From Bacilli bacterium (GTDB lineage: Bacteria; Bacillota_I; Bacilli_A; RF39; UBA660), in assembly GCA_038321575.1 (NCBI GenBank), contig JBBQFD010000001.1:2982-66981 (forward strand): a stretch of 64,000 nt of DNA, in the 5' to 3' direction. Positions 29,847-38,556 of the stretch are shown here, piece after piece. The notes under the pieces were generated by a model that saw only the letters and a list, made by a program, of their open reading frames with translations, ran no database searches and was not told the origin of the DNA. The position numbers were made by a program, and so were the translations under genes. Positions within the stretch are counted from its first letter, which is position 1; every line of letters starts with the position of its first letter.

Positions 29847-29852
29847 AAAATA

Positions 29853-29929
<77 letters not shown>

Positions 29930-29961
29930 ATATTAAATAAGGTTGGTACATAATAAATAGA

Positions 29962-30054
29962 TGGCGGAGAAAGAGGGATTCGAACCCCCGCGCCGTTTTA
30001 CCGACCTCCCGGTTTTCAAGACCGGTCCCTTCAACCAGGCTTGGGTATTTCTCC
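29962..30054 (-). tRNA. tRNA-Ser (anticodon TGA), long variable arm
   Basis: The reverse complement reads GGAGAAATACCCAAGCCTGGTTGAAGGGACCGGTCTTGAAAACCGG...GGGTTCGAATCCCTCTTTCTCCGCCA. Confidence 0.85.
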
Positions 30055-30072
30055 TTGTTAAACATATATAAA

Positions 30073-30161
30073 TGGTGCCTAAGGCCGGACTTGAACCGGC
30101 ATGAAGTATTATCCTCGCAGGATTTTAAGTCCTGTGCGTCTACCTATTCCGCCACTCAGGC
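30073..30161 (-). tRNA. tRNA-Leu (anticodon TAA), long variable arm
   Basis: The reverse complement reads GCCTGAGTGGCGGAATAGGTAGACGCACAGGACTTAAAATCCTGCG...GGTTCAAGTCCGGCCTTAGGCACCA. Confidence 0.85.
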
Positions 30162-30169
30162 AAATTATA

Positions 30170-30245
30170 TGGTGTCTCGTACAAGATTCGAACTTGTGAC
30201 CCTTTGATTAAAAGTCAAATGCTCTACCGGCTGAGCTAACGAGAC
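30170..30245 (-). tRNA. tRNA-Lys (anticodon TTT)
   Basis: The reverse complement reads GTCTCGTTAGCTCAGCCGGTAGAGCATTTGACTTTTAATCAAAGGGTCACAAGTTCGAATCTTGTACGAGACACCA. Confidence 0.88.
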
Positions 30246-30270
30246 ATATTATTATATATGATATCAAAAA

Positions 30271-30346
30271 TGGCTGCCTCGGCTAGAATCGAACTAGCGA
30301 AATGCCACAGTCAAAGTGTGGTGCCTTACCGCTTGGCTACGAGGCA
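30271..30346 (-). tRNA. tRNA-Gln (anticodon TTG)
   Basis: The reverse complement reads TGCCTCGTAGCCAAGCGGTAAGGCACCACACTTTGACTGTGGCATTTCGCTAGTTCGATTCTAGCCGAGGCAGCCA. A U1:A72 pair is present. Confidence 0.85.
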
Positions 30347-30368
30347 ATCTAACCTAGCTATAATTAAA

Positions 30369-30452
30369 TGGTGGAGGGAGATGGATTCGAACCATCGAAC
30401 CCTAAGGAGTTGATTTACAGTCAACTGCGTTTAGCCACTTCGCTACCCCTCC
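30369..30452 (-). tRNA. tRNA-Tyr (anticodon GTA), long variable arm
   Basis: The reverse complement reads GGAGGGGTAGCGAAGTGGCTAAACGCAGTTGACTGTAAATCAACTCCTTAGGGTTCGATGGTTCGAATCCATCTCCCTCCACCA. Confidence 0.85.
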
Positions 30453-30456
30453 AACA

Positions 30457-30532
30457 TGGTGCCGAAAATAGGACTTGAACCCACAACCTACTGATTACAA
30501 ATCAGTTGCTCTACCAGTTGAGCTATTTCGGC
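30457..30532 (-). tRNA. tRNA-Thr (anticodon TGT)
   Basis: The reverse complement reads GCCGAAATAGCTCAACTGGTAGAGCAACTGATTTGTAATCAGTAGGTTGTGGGTTCAAGTCCTATTTTCGGCACCA. Confidence 0.88.
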
Positions 30533-30535
30533 ATC

Positions 30536-30612
30536 TGGTGGGAGATATAGGACTCGAACCTATGACCCCCTGCTTGTAAGGCAGGTGCTCTAACCAACTG
30601 AGCTAATCTCCC
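30536..30612 (-). tRNA. tRNA-Val (anticodon TAC)
   Basis: The reverse complement reads GGGAGATTAGCTCAGTTGGTTAGAGCACCTGCCTTACAAGCAGGGGGTCATAGGTTCGAGTCCTATATCTCCCACCA. Confidence 0.88.
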
Positions 30613-30640
30613 AATCGTCTTAAACGTCTGGACGTAATTA

Positions 30641-30669
30641 AATATAACATTTAAGCCTTTAATTGTCAA
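30641..30669 (-). promoter_or_regulatory. sigma-A-type promoter of the 12-tRNA operon
   Basis: On the minus strand a -35 TTGACA, a 17-nt spacer and an extended -10 TGtTATATT lie about 30 nt upstream of tRNA-Val. Confidence 0.5.
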
Positions 30670-30685
30670 TATAATTTACTTTTTT

Positions 30686-31036
30686 TTATCTTTTTTTTAA
30701 ATATTTGTCAACCCAAATTGGAAGTTTCATAGCTAAGGTTTTAAAACCACTTGCTGTTTCAATAATTTTATGTCTTTTAGGGTTAGCATCACCTTTAAAA
30801 TTAATGTTCTTAATACTCAATTTTAATTGGCTTAATTTTTCGTCAACTTCTAAGATTTCAACATGAATTTGATCACCTATTTTGACAATATCATTAACAT
30901 TTTTCACAAAACCATGTGATATTTCTGAAATATGAATTAAACCTGAGTAATATTCGTCACATGAAACAAAGATGCCGTATGACTCGATACCGGTTACAGT
31001 ACCATCTACAATTTTCCCTTTTTTATACTTTGTCAT
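30686..31036 (-). CDS. S1 RNA-binding domain protein (general stress protein 13 / YugI-like)
   Basis: The S1 fold (GKIVDGTVTGIESYGIFV...GLIHISEISHGFV) sits in a 116-aa protein with a basic C-terminal tail. Confidence 0.8.
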   Translation of the reverse strand: MTKYKKGKIVDGTVTGIESYGIFVSCDEYYSGLIHISEISHGFVKNVNDIVKIGDQIHVEILEVDEKLSQLKLSIKNINFKGDANPKRHKIIETASGFKTLAMKLPIWVDKYLKKR

Positions 31037-31131
31037 TGATACACCTCTTTATAATTATAACATATATATGCTTATTCTAAAAGGTATTTACTTAAGGTTT
31101 AGACTATTGTATAATTGATTTGGTGATGTAA

Positions 31132-31365
31132 ATGACAGATGTCGAAACGCTTATAATTAATATCTTAAATAAACTTCGTCCCTTTCTTATAAATGATGGT
31201 GGCGATGTTGAATTTATTAAATATGAAGATAATATTGTATATATTAAATTATTAGGAGCATGCTCTAATTGTTTAATGGTTGATATGACTTTAAAAGAAG
31301 GTATTGAGGCTGCTATTATAGAAGAAATACCTGAAGTTAAAGAAGTAAGAAATATTACAAATTAA
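31132..31365 (+). CDS. NifU-like (Nfu C-terminal domain) Fe-S cluster protein
   Basis: LRPFLINDGGDVEFIKYEDNIVYIKLLGACSNCLMVDMTLKEGIE contains a CxxC pair. Confidence 0.8.
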   Translation: MTDVETLIINILNKLRPFLINDGGDVEFIKYEDNIVYIKLLGACSNCLMVDMTLKEGIEAAIIEEIPEVKEVRNITN

Positions 31366-31388
31366 AAACAAGCCTAAGCTTGTTTTTT

Positions 31389-32159
31389 TTATTCTAATAT
31401 TTGTTTAATTTGATCTAGTTTTTGTTGTGCTGGTGATGATTGAATATTTGAATTTTCTTCTAAGTCTTCTAATTTGATTTGATATTCAGCTAATTTAATA
31501 CTCATATCACTAGTTACTTGATCAAGTTTAGTTTGATAATTTGCAATTTGTTGATTTAATTCGGTAATGGTTACTGATAAAGCATCAGTTTTTTTCTTTT
31601 CGTCTACATACATAGTTTGATAATCAACAGCTGGTGTAACATCATCTTCTGGCATACCATAAACTGGTGCTGTCATAACTGGTGCTGTCATAACTGGTGT
31701 TGATTCAACTACTGGTTCAGTTGGTTTATTAAAACTTAATAATTCTTCTAAACTGCTTAGTTTAACTGCTTCTACTACTGGTTGTTCCGTAAATACCTTT
31801 TTATTAGCACTTAACATATTAACCACATTGTCAGCAAGTTTAAATAAACGATAAGTATTAACTTTTACTGCTGTCAAATCTTTAAGATTTAAATCAGTAA
31901 CCGTTTTTAATTCGCCCTCTTTTGCTTCTTTTACAATAACCTTAATTAATTCTTTAATGTAATTCCATTCATTTTCATCAACTATTTTTTCTGTTAATGA
32001 AGCGTCACTAATTCTTGATGCATATAGTTTTATATAACCATTTTCATCTTTTTCATTTAGTGTATAGATTAAATATTTAATTGTATTGCTCATAAAATAA
32101 CGAACAACGCTAATATTTAAATTACTATTATTTTGATCTAATATTATCACATTTTCCAT
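31389..32159 (-). CDS. hypothetical protein, DUF1292-like N-terminus with coiled-coil C-terminus
   Basis: The protein starts MENVIILDQNN. It has a PVMTAPVMTAPV dipeptide-block repeat and a heptad-rich C-terminus. Confidence 0.45.
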   Translation of the reverse strand: MENVIILDQNNSNLNISVVRYFMSNTIKYLIYTLNEKDENGYIKLYASRISDASLTEKIVDENEWNYIKELIKVIVKEAKEGELKTVTDLNLKDLTAVKVNTYRLFKLADNVVNMLSANKKVFTEQPVVEAVKLSSLEELLSFNKPTEPVVESTPVMTAPVMTAPVYGMPEDDVTPAVDYQTMYVDEKKKTDALSVTITELNQQIANYQTKLDQVTSDMSIKLAEYQIKLEDLEENSNIQSSPAQQKLDQIKQILE

Positions 32160-32222
32160 TTTGTATCCCCCTATTTACTCTATTGTTTATTATACTCATT
32201 TTATAATTATTATTCAATCATT

Positions 32223-33236
32223 TTAAGCAAAATAATCAATATCCATATTCTTACGAACACGTTTCATAACTTCTTGAGCTTTTTCTTTAGCTTTTTTAGT
32301 ACCTTCTTGTAAGATTTGTTCGACTAATTCTGGACGATCTTCATAATATTTACGTTTTTCTTGAATTGGTTTTAAGAAAGTCATCATATTTTTAATAAGT
32401 TGCTTCTTACAGTCAACACAACCTCTAGTACCCGCCATACATTCTTTTTTAATATCGATTACTTCATCACCACTTACAAGTTGATGATAATAATAAGCCA
32501 TACATACATCAGGATTCCCTTTATCATCTTTTTTAACGCGATTAGGATCAGTTACCGCTTGCATAATTTTTTTGCTTACTTCGGCTTCAGTGTCTGCTAA
32601 ATAAATAGCATTACCTAAACTTTTGCCCATTTTTTCATTACCATCTAAACCTTTAATACGTGGCGTTTTACTTAGTAGATATTCTGGTTCAATAAATGTA
32701 TTGCCATATATCTTATTAAATTTACGAACTATTTCACGTGTTTGTTCAACTTGTGGTATTTGATCATCGCCGGCTGGTATAACCGCACCATCAAATGCTG
32801 TAATATCTGCAGCTTGACTAACGGGATAACCTAAAAAACCATAAGTAACGCTTTCGCCGTCTTGACCAAAGATATATTCTTTTTGCGCTATTTCACTTTT
32901 AACAGTTGGATTACGATGTAATCTTGATATAGTTACTAAGTTAGAAAAATATACTGTTAATTCCGCTATTTCAGGGATCATTGATTGAATAAATATAATT
33001 GATTTAGTTGGATCAATACCAACAGCTAAATTATCTAATGTTACTTCCCTAATATTTTTACTTATTTTTGATGGGTCATTAAAGTTATCAGTTAAAGCTT
33101 GCACATCAGCCACAATAATATAAACATTATATTTGTCTTGTAATGCAACTCTACTTTTTAAAGCACCAAAATAATGTCCAATATGTAATTTACCTGTTGG
33201 GCGTTCTCCTGTTAATACATTTTTTTTATTTTCCAT
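32223..33236 (-). CDS. trpS: tryptophan--tRNA ligase
   Basis: TGERPTGKLHIGHYFG (HIGH) and KMGKSLGN (KMSKS) are present in a 337-aa class I enzyme. Confidence 0.92.
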   Translation of the reverse strand: MENKKNVLTGERPTGKLHIGHYFGALKSRVALQDKYNVYIIVADVQALTDNFNDPSKISKNIREVTLDNLAVGIDPTKSIIFIQSMIPEIAELTVYFSNLVTISRLHRNPTVKSEIAQKEYIFGQDGESVTYGFLGYPVSQAADITAFDGAVIPAGDDQIPQVEQTREIVRKFNKIYGNTFIEPEYLLSKTPRIKGLDGNEKMGKSLGNAIYLADTEAEVSKKIMQAVTDPNRVKKDDKGNPDVCMAYYYHQLVSGDEVIDIKKECMAGTRGCVDCKKQLIKNMMTFLKPIQEKRKYYEDRPELVEQILQEGTKKAKEKAQEVMKRVRKNMDIDYFA

Positions 33237-33305
33237 AAATGCCTCCTTGATTTAGTAATATTATATGAAAATTATATCACATATTCAACAAAAAAAGCAT
33301 TATAA

Positions 33306-34547
33306 TTAATGCTTTCCGATTGTATATAAGTATAATGCTCCCACAAATTCCTTAGGAAAGATAACCGCTAACCCTGCTAAATCACTTTTTACGCGTGGTT
33401 TATCTTGAGTAAACATCTTATCATATAAATAACGAAGTAATAATTGACGACTAAATATTTGTTTAAAATCACCATTTTTAATTTTTTCTTCTAATGATTT
33501 TCTAGTCACCATATCAATCTTATTAATTCCTTTTAATAATTGTTTATGATAATTAAATATCCCATATATATATGAATCATCAATATCTAAAACTTGTCCT
33601 AAATATTCAAGATTATCATTCATAAATTCTTTATAATCATCACCATTTTTAGGAATAACTCTTTTTTCATAAACATTTAATAAAGTATTATTAGTAAAAC
33701 TTTCAATATTTTTTTTAAATTTACCTAAGTTCCACCATAGATTAAATTCTAAATGAAAGTGCTTAAAAGTATATAATTTACCCTTTAGTTTATTAAATGC
33801 TTTCATCGTATCATTATAACCTAAACGAATTGATCTTCTCGATAATTCGGCATCAAAAGCAACAAAAGAACCAATTTTATTTTGTGGAGTTATTACTTTA
33901 ACATTGATATTTTCATTCTTAATTTTTTTAGTAACCCCTAACGCATTCAAATCAATAGCGATTACCTCTTCAGCTCCTAAATCAATTGCTAAATTAATAG
34001 GTAGATTATCATAGTAACCACCATCAATATATTCTTGACTATTAATTTCTCTTTGTTTAAAAATAGGATAACATGTTGCTGATGCTAATAAATACTCCAT
34101 TAACATATCTTCTGGAATTTCTTTTTTAATTAACACTAATGGTTTTAAATCATTTAATTTAACAGTAATTAATCCAAAATCTTTTTTTGATTTATAAAAC
34201 TTTTTAACATCAATAGCACTCATAACTGTTGTTTCTAGATTTTTAACATCCATACCGCCTCTTAAAATAACGGCTGAAAGATAAGTTTTAAATAAATCAG
34301 TTTTGCCTTTTAAAGTATTCATATCAATATTAATATCACGATCAAGAACATCAGCATAATTAAGATTTTCCCACATTTTTTTAGCTTTTTTAAAGTCATT
34401 TTGTAACATTAAACAACCATTTAAGGCACCAATTGATGTCCCAGTTACAATATCATATTTGATACGCATTTTTTTAAGTGCTTTCCATGCACCAAATTGA
34501 TAAGCTCCGCGAGCTCCACCGCCTGATAAAACTATCGCTCTTTTCAC
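33306..34547 (-). CDS. patatin-like phospholipase
   Basis: The oxyanion hole (LSGGGARGAYQFG), the serine nucleophile (GTSIGALNG) and an Asp in a DGG-type motif are present. Confidence 0.85.
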   Translation of the reverse strand: MKRAIVLSGGGARGAYQFGAWKALKKMRIKYDIVTGTSIGALNGCLMLQNDFKKAKKMWENLNYADVLDRDINIDMNTLKGKTDLFKTYLSAVILRGGMDVKNLETTVMSAIDVKKFYKSKKDFGLITVKLNDLKPLVLIKKEIPEDMLMEYLLASATCYPIFKQREINSQEYIDGGYYDNLPINLAIDLGAEEVIAIDLNALGVTKKIKNENINVKVITPQNKIGSFVAFDAELSRRSIRLGYNDTMKAFNKLKGKLYTFKHFHLEFNLWWNLGKFKKNIESFTNNTLLNVYEKRVIPKNGDDYKEFMNDNLEYLGQVLDIDDSYIYGIFNYHKQLLKGINKIDMVTRKSLEEKIKNGDFKQIFSRQLLLRYLYDKMFTQDKPRVKSDLAGLAVIFPKEFVGALYLYTIGKH

Positions 34548-34609
34548 AATATCACCTAATATTATTATATCACTTTTAATATTGCATTAAAAGGTGGCAG
34601 CTTTAATAA

Positions 34610-35797
34610 CTATGATATTTGATGAGCTTTTATATATTCCTCAATATCACTTACACGATCTAATTGTTCCCATTTAACATTTAAATCATTTCTACCCATA
34701 TGACCATAACTTGCTAATTGTTGATATATTGGACTAGTTAATTCTAATGTATTAATGATATTTTGTGGTGTTGAATTCCACAAATCTTTAATTAAAGCAA
34801 TAATATAATCTTCACTATAAAAACTAGTATTAAAAGTCTCAACTAAAATTGATATAGGGTTAGCTACTCCTATTGCATATGATAATTGAATTTCTAATTT
34901 AGAAGCCACCTTTGCCGCCACTAAATTCTTCGCGATATATCTGGCATAATAAGCGGCACTGCGGTCAACTTTAGTAGCGTCTTTACCACTAAAAGCCCCA
35001 CCACCATGGCGAGAGTAACCGCCATAAGTATCAACAATAATCTTACGCCCAGTTAAGCCGCTATCACCAAGTGGACCACCAATTACAAAACGGCCCGTTG
35101 GATTAACTAAGATTTTAGTGTTATCATCGATTAAATTCTTTGGTATTATTTTTAAAATTACTTCGTTTATGATATCATTTTTAATTTGGTCTTGGGTAAT
35201 CTCTTCATCATGTTGAGTTGATACGATTATCGTATCAATTCGCCTAGGAATACCATCTTCATATTCAACTGTTACTTGGGTTTTACCATCAGGTCGAAGG
35301 TAACTTAGAATTTGATTTTTCCTAACTTCTGATAATCTTTTCGCTAACTTATGAGCAAGTGATATTGGTAATGGCATTAACTCTATTGTTTCATTACATG
35401 CATACCCAAACATCATTCCTTGATCACCTGCGCCAATTTGGTTTATAGACCCATCTAATTTAGATTCTAAGGCTTTATTAACACCAATTGCAATATCACT
35501 TGATTGTTTATCAATCTTAATGATTATTTCGCAGGTATCACCATTAAAACCATATAAATCAGTGGTATAACCAATATCCTTAATTGTTTTACGAACAATA
35601 GCTTCGATATCAACTATCTTTGATGAAGTAATCTCCCCCATTACTAAAACAAATTGTTTAGTAACTGCGACTTCACATGCGACATGGCTACTTGGATCAA
35701 CACTTAAATAAGCATCTAATACGGCATCAGATATTTGATCACATATCTTATCAGGATGCCCTTCGGTAACAGATTCGGAAGTAAATAATCTTTTCAT
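34610..35797 (-). CDS. metK: S-adenosylmethionine synthetase
   Basis: [32 protein letters not shown] and the [10 protein letters not shown]-loop are present. Confidence 0.95.
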   Translation of the reverse strand: MKRLFTSESVTEGHPDKICDQISDAVLDAYLSVDPSSHVACEVAVTKQFVLVMGEITSSKIVDIEAIVRKTIKDIGYTTDLYGFNGDTCEIIIKIDKQSSDIAIGVNKALESKLDGSINQIGAGDQGMMFGYACNETIELMPLPISLAHKLAKRLSEVRKNQILSYLRPDGKTQVTVEYEDGIPRRIDTIIVSTQHDEEITQDQIKNDIINEVILKIIPKNLIDDNTKILVNPTGRFVIGGPLGDSGLTGRKIIVDTYGGYSRHGGGAFSGKDATKVDRSAAYYARYIAKNLVAAKVASKLEIQLSYAIGVANPISILVETFNTSFYSEDYIIALIKDLWNSTPQNIINTLELTSPIYQQLASYGHMGRNDLNVKWEQLDRVSDIEEYIKAHQIS

Positions 35798-35825
35798 ATT
35801 TTTTCTCCTTCTATATTACCTTAAT

Positions 35826-35962
35826 AAAAAAACTCCGACACATAGTCCGAGTTAGATTCCTTTTTCTTATCTCTCGGCTTTAGCCGCAGGATTTAGCACC
35901 TAATTTAATAGGTTGCTGGGTTTCACAGGACCTGTATCCTCCACCGCTCTTGATAAGGTAAT
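35826..35962 (-). promoter_or_regulatory. SAM-I (S-box) riboswitch with terminator-type expression platform, leader of metK
   Basis: The minus strand reads CTTATCAAGAGCGGTGGAGGATACAGGTCCTGTGAAACCCAGCAACC...GGTGCTAAATCCTGCGGCTAAAGCCGAGAGATAAG. A hairpin (aactcggactatgtgtcggagtt) and a U7 run follow immediately before the metK RBS. Confidence 0.85.
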
Positions 35963-36068
35963 ATTTAATTTATTTACTTATATAGTATCCCAAAAATAAG
36001 GATTATTGTCAAGTATAATTGCTTTATGACCAAGTATATGCTAGAATACATAGCAAACGGAGGCCATT

Positions 36069-36509
36069 ATGAAAGATGTTAAAACAATTGATGTTATATT
36101 AGAAGTTATTTTTGATGAAGAAAGATCTAAAATGGGTGGTAATTTCCACGTAATAAAAGTTACCCCATTTAATACAGATGGCATAGATATTCAATTACCA
36201 AATAAAAGTGGAGCTTTTATCTTGCCCAAAAGTTTTATTGTAAAAAAGATTGCCTTTGTTGGTCGAAATGAAGACGAAACCGTTATTACTAAAAAAGAAG
36301 CAGAAGCAATTAAACAAAAAAATCTTTTAAATAAAAAAATTGATGCAATTGTCAATAACCTTGATACAACAATCATGGAAATGGAAAAAGGTTATAAAAC
36401 AATTGGTAAAAAGATAAACATTTTAAAAGAAGAACGTGCTAAACTTGAAGCTATTCAATCATTAACAAGTAAAATTACTGAGGGATCTAAAAAAACAATT
36501 AAAAAATAA
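36069..36509 (+). CDS. hypothetical protein (146 aa), coiled-coil C-terminus
   Basis: This ORF has an AGGAGG-like RBS (acggaggcc) and a strong terminator at 36508..36535. Confidence 0.5.
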   Translation: MKDVKTIDVILEVIFDEERSKMGGNFHVIKVTPFNTDGIDIQLPNKSGAFILPKSFIVKKIAFVGRNEDETVITKKEAEAIKQKNLLNKKIDAIVNNLDTTIMEMEKGYKTIGKKINILKEERAKLEAIQSLTSKITEGSKKTIKK

Positions 36510-36535
36510 AAAACCTAGTGGTTTTTTTATTTTGG
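36508..36535 (+). terminator. Rho-independent terminator
   Basis: The hairpin aaaaacc-tagt-ggttttt is followed by T-rich sequence. Confidence 0.65.
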
Positions 36536-36576
36536 TTAATTTAGGAGTATAATGTTATTAGGAATGAGGTAACGAT

Positions 36577-37317
36577 ATGAAAAAATTAATTATCCTTTTC
36601 TTAACCATTATGTTTATTACAACTGGTTGTACAAATACTAATTACAACGGCAAAGAAACCACTCTTTCTAAGATGTTTTTAGATAAAGGTTATACTATTA
36701 ACATTTATAGATCAAGTGAAGAACTAAGTAGCAACGTTGAAGATTTTGGTAAATCATATATAAATATTAATTATAATATTCTAGCTGAATATACATCAAC
36801 TGCTGCTTATAATATGAATGCCAATTATAATATTAAAAAAGTTATTGTAAATAATGTACGCGTAATATCTACATCAAAAATGGGTACCGTTGGCGAACTT
36901 GCTATCTTGAAAAGATATTCTGGTTCAACTGCCGATTCACACGTTGATGTCGTTGGTACTAGCGATAAATATGTTGAGAACATTGCCATACCCAATACAT
37001 CAGGTTACCAAATCGGGATTATGGTTGAATTAAATAAAATAGCCCTTTATGATCAAAACAAATATACCAATATATCTTATGCTACTTCAACTGAACCTAC
37101 TTTAGAAATGATATATGATAAACTTGGTATCGATTCTAGTACAGTTAGATTAAAAATAGGTTTTCGAATTGAATTACTGACGGTTGATAATATAACTTTA
37201 TACAAAGACTATGAAATTACAGTCCCACCAACTGGAGTTGATATTAAAAATGAAGAATTTCATTATGAATATTATCAAACTGATGTAAAAAAAATGGCAC
37301 CATTTTTACAAAAATAA
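36577..37317 (+). CDS. lipoprotein (hypothetical)
   Basis: The signal peptide carries a lipobox (LFLTIMFITTGC). Confidence 0.65.
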   Translation: MKKLIILFLTIMFITTGCTNTNYNGKETTLSKMFLDKGYTINIYRSSEELSSNVEDFGKSYININYNILAEYTSTAAYNMNANYNIKKVIVNNVRVISTSKMGTVGELAILKRYSGSTADSHVDVVGTSDKYVENIAIPNTSGYQIGIMVELNKIALYDQNKYTNISYATSTEPTLEMIYDKLGIDSSTVRLKIGFRIELLTVDNITLYKDYEITVPPTGVDIKNEEFHYEYYQTDVKKMAPFLQK

Positions 37318-37332
37318 ATAATGCTAATTTTA

Positions 37333-37362
37333 TAAAAAAAAGATACAATGTATCTTTTTTTA
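37333..37362. terminator. bidirectional terminator between convergent lipoprotein gene and pgi
   Basis: The hairpin aaaagataca-atg-tatctttt is flanked by A and T runs. Confidence 0.6.
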
Positions 37363-38556
37363 TTCAGCTAATATCTTCTTCATTGTTTCTTTGTATTTTT
37401 CGACTCCTTCTTGATTGAAGGCATCAACATCACTAAGATGACCATTAACCGCACAAGAAATCATAAAGAATTGAAGTATATATCCTAAATTAAAAGTTGT
37501 TAGTTTATCAACATTAATAATATTATTAATAACACCATCTTTAAAGTGGGCAATCGAGGTTGCTTTAGATGCAATATTATTTATTTCATTTAGACTCTTC
37601 TTATATTCATCAACTTCAATATCTTTTTCAACTTCTAAAATATTTATAACGGTTTCAAATAAAATATGACTACCGTCTTGAATAAATTGTCCCATCGAAT
37701 GAAGATCTCTCGTATTTATAATCCCAATTGGTAAAGTACCTTTACCATCTTTACCTAATGATTCTGAATATAATTGTTTTAACCATTCAGTAAGTGCATC
37801 TAATTTTGGTTCATAAGCAACAAAAGCTTCAACCATCGTTCCCTTTTTATAAAGAATATCTCTAATAATAGCATATTTAATTTGATTATTAACAGTCTTT
37901 TGTGATTCGATGGCACCATCTAATAACTCTTCAATATTGATACCAGCTACTGCGATTGGTAATAAACCAACCGGTGTAAAGACTGAATATCTACCACCAA
38001 TATCATTAGGAATATCAAATGTCTTATAACCTTCAGCATTTGCTTTTCCATTACCACCCGTTAAAATAATACGTTCTTTTAACTCTTCACTTGAATATTT
38101 TTCTTTCATAATATCTAAAATAAGGTCAAATACAACTCTAGTTTCAAAAGTTGTTCCTGATTTAGATATGTAATTAACAATAATGTCTTTGTTTTTAATC
38201 AATTCTTTTAATTCAATCAAATATTCACTTGATAGAGAAGTCCCCAGAAAATATATTTCTGGTTTTTTTTGTTCGTTATAGAAATATGGACTCAATGATT
38301 CAATTACTGCTAATGAACCTAAGTAAGAACCGCCAATTCCTACTACTAAAAATGCATCACAGTTGTTTTTAATCTGTAAACTAGTCTTTTTAATCTCATC
38401 AATCAGTTCTTGCTTTTTTAGATTTTTAGGATAAGCCCAACCCATCATATTTTGATGAGTTTTAAAATAATTACTTAATTCTTTGATTTTTGGATCATAG
38501 GTCGCAATCTCTTCATCAGTAATATCACTATAGGTTTTAAAATCAAAACTTATCAT
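37360..38556 (-). CDS. pgi: glucose-6-phosphate isomerase (Bacillus-type Pgi)
   Basis: VVGIGGSYLGSLA, SKSGTTFET, GGRYSVFTPVGLLPIAVAG and EWLKQLYSESLGKDGKG are present. It overlaps the giant upstream gene by 4 nt. Confidence 0.85.
   Translation of the reverse strand: MISFDFKTYSDITDEEIATYDPKIKELSNYFKTHQNMMGWAYPKNLKKQELIDEIKKTSLQIKNNCDAFLVVGIGGSYLGSLAVIESLSPYFYNEQKKPEIYFLGTSLSSEYLIELKELIKNKDIIVNYISKSGTTFETRVVFDLILDIMKEKYSSEELKERIILTGGNGKANAEGYKTFDIPNDIGGRYSVFTPVGLLPIAVAGINIEELLDGAIESQKTVNNQIKYAIIRDILYKKGTMVEAFVAYEPKLDALTEWLKQLYSESLGKDGKGTLPIGIINTRDLHSMGQFIQDGSHILFETVINILEVEKDIEVDEYKKSLNEINNIASKATSIAHFKDGVINNIINVDKLTTFNLGYILQFFMISCAVNGHLSDVDAFNQEGVEKYKETMKKILAE

Noticed and set aside
33306-34547. 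Patatin-like phospholipase as a possible anti-phage (CBASS-type) effector
   Set aside because: No cyclase, E1/E2 or other defence partners are adjacent. It sits between the trpS and metK housekeeping genes and has the 400-aa size of ordinary bacterial patatin lipases.
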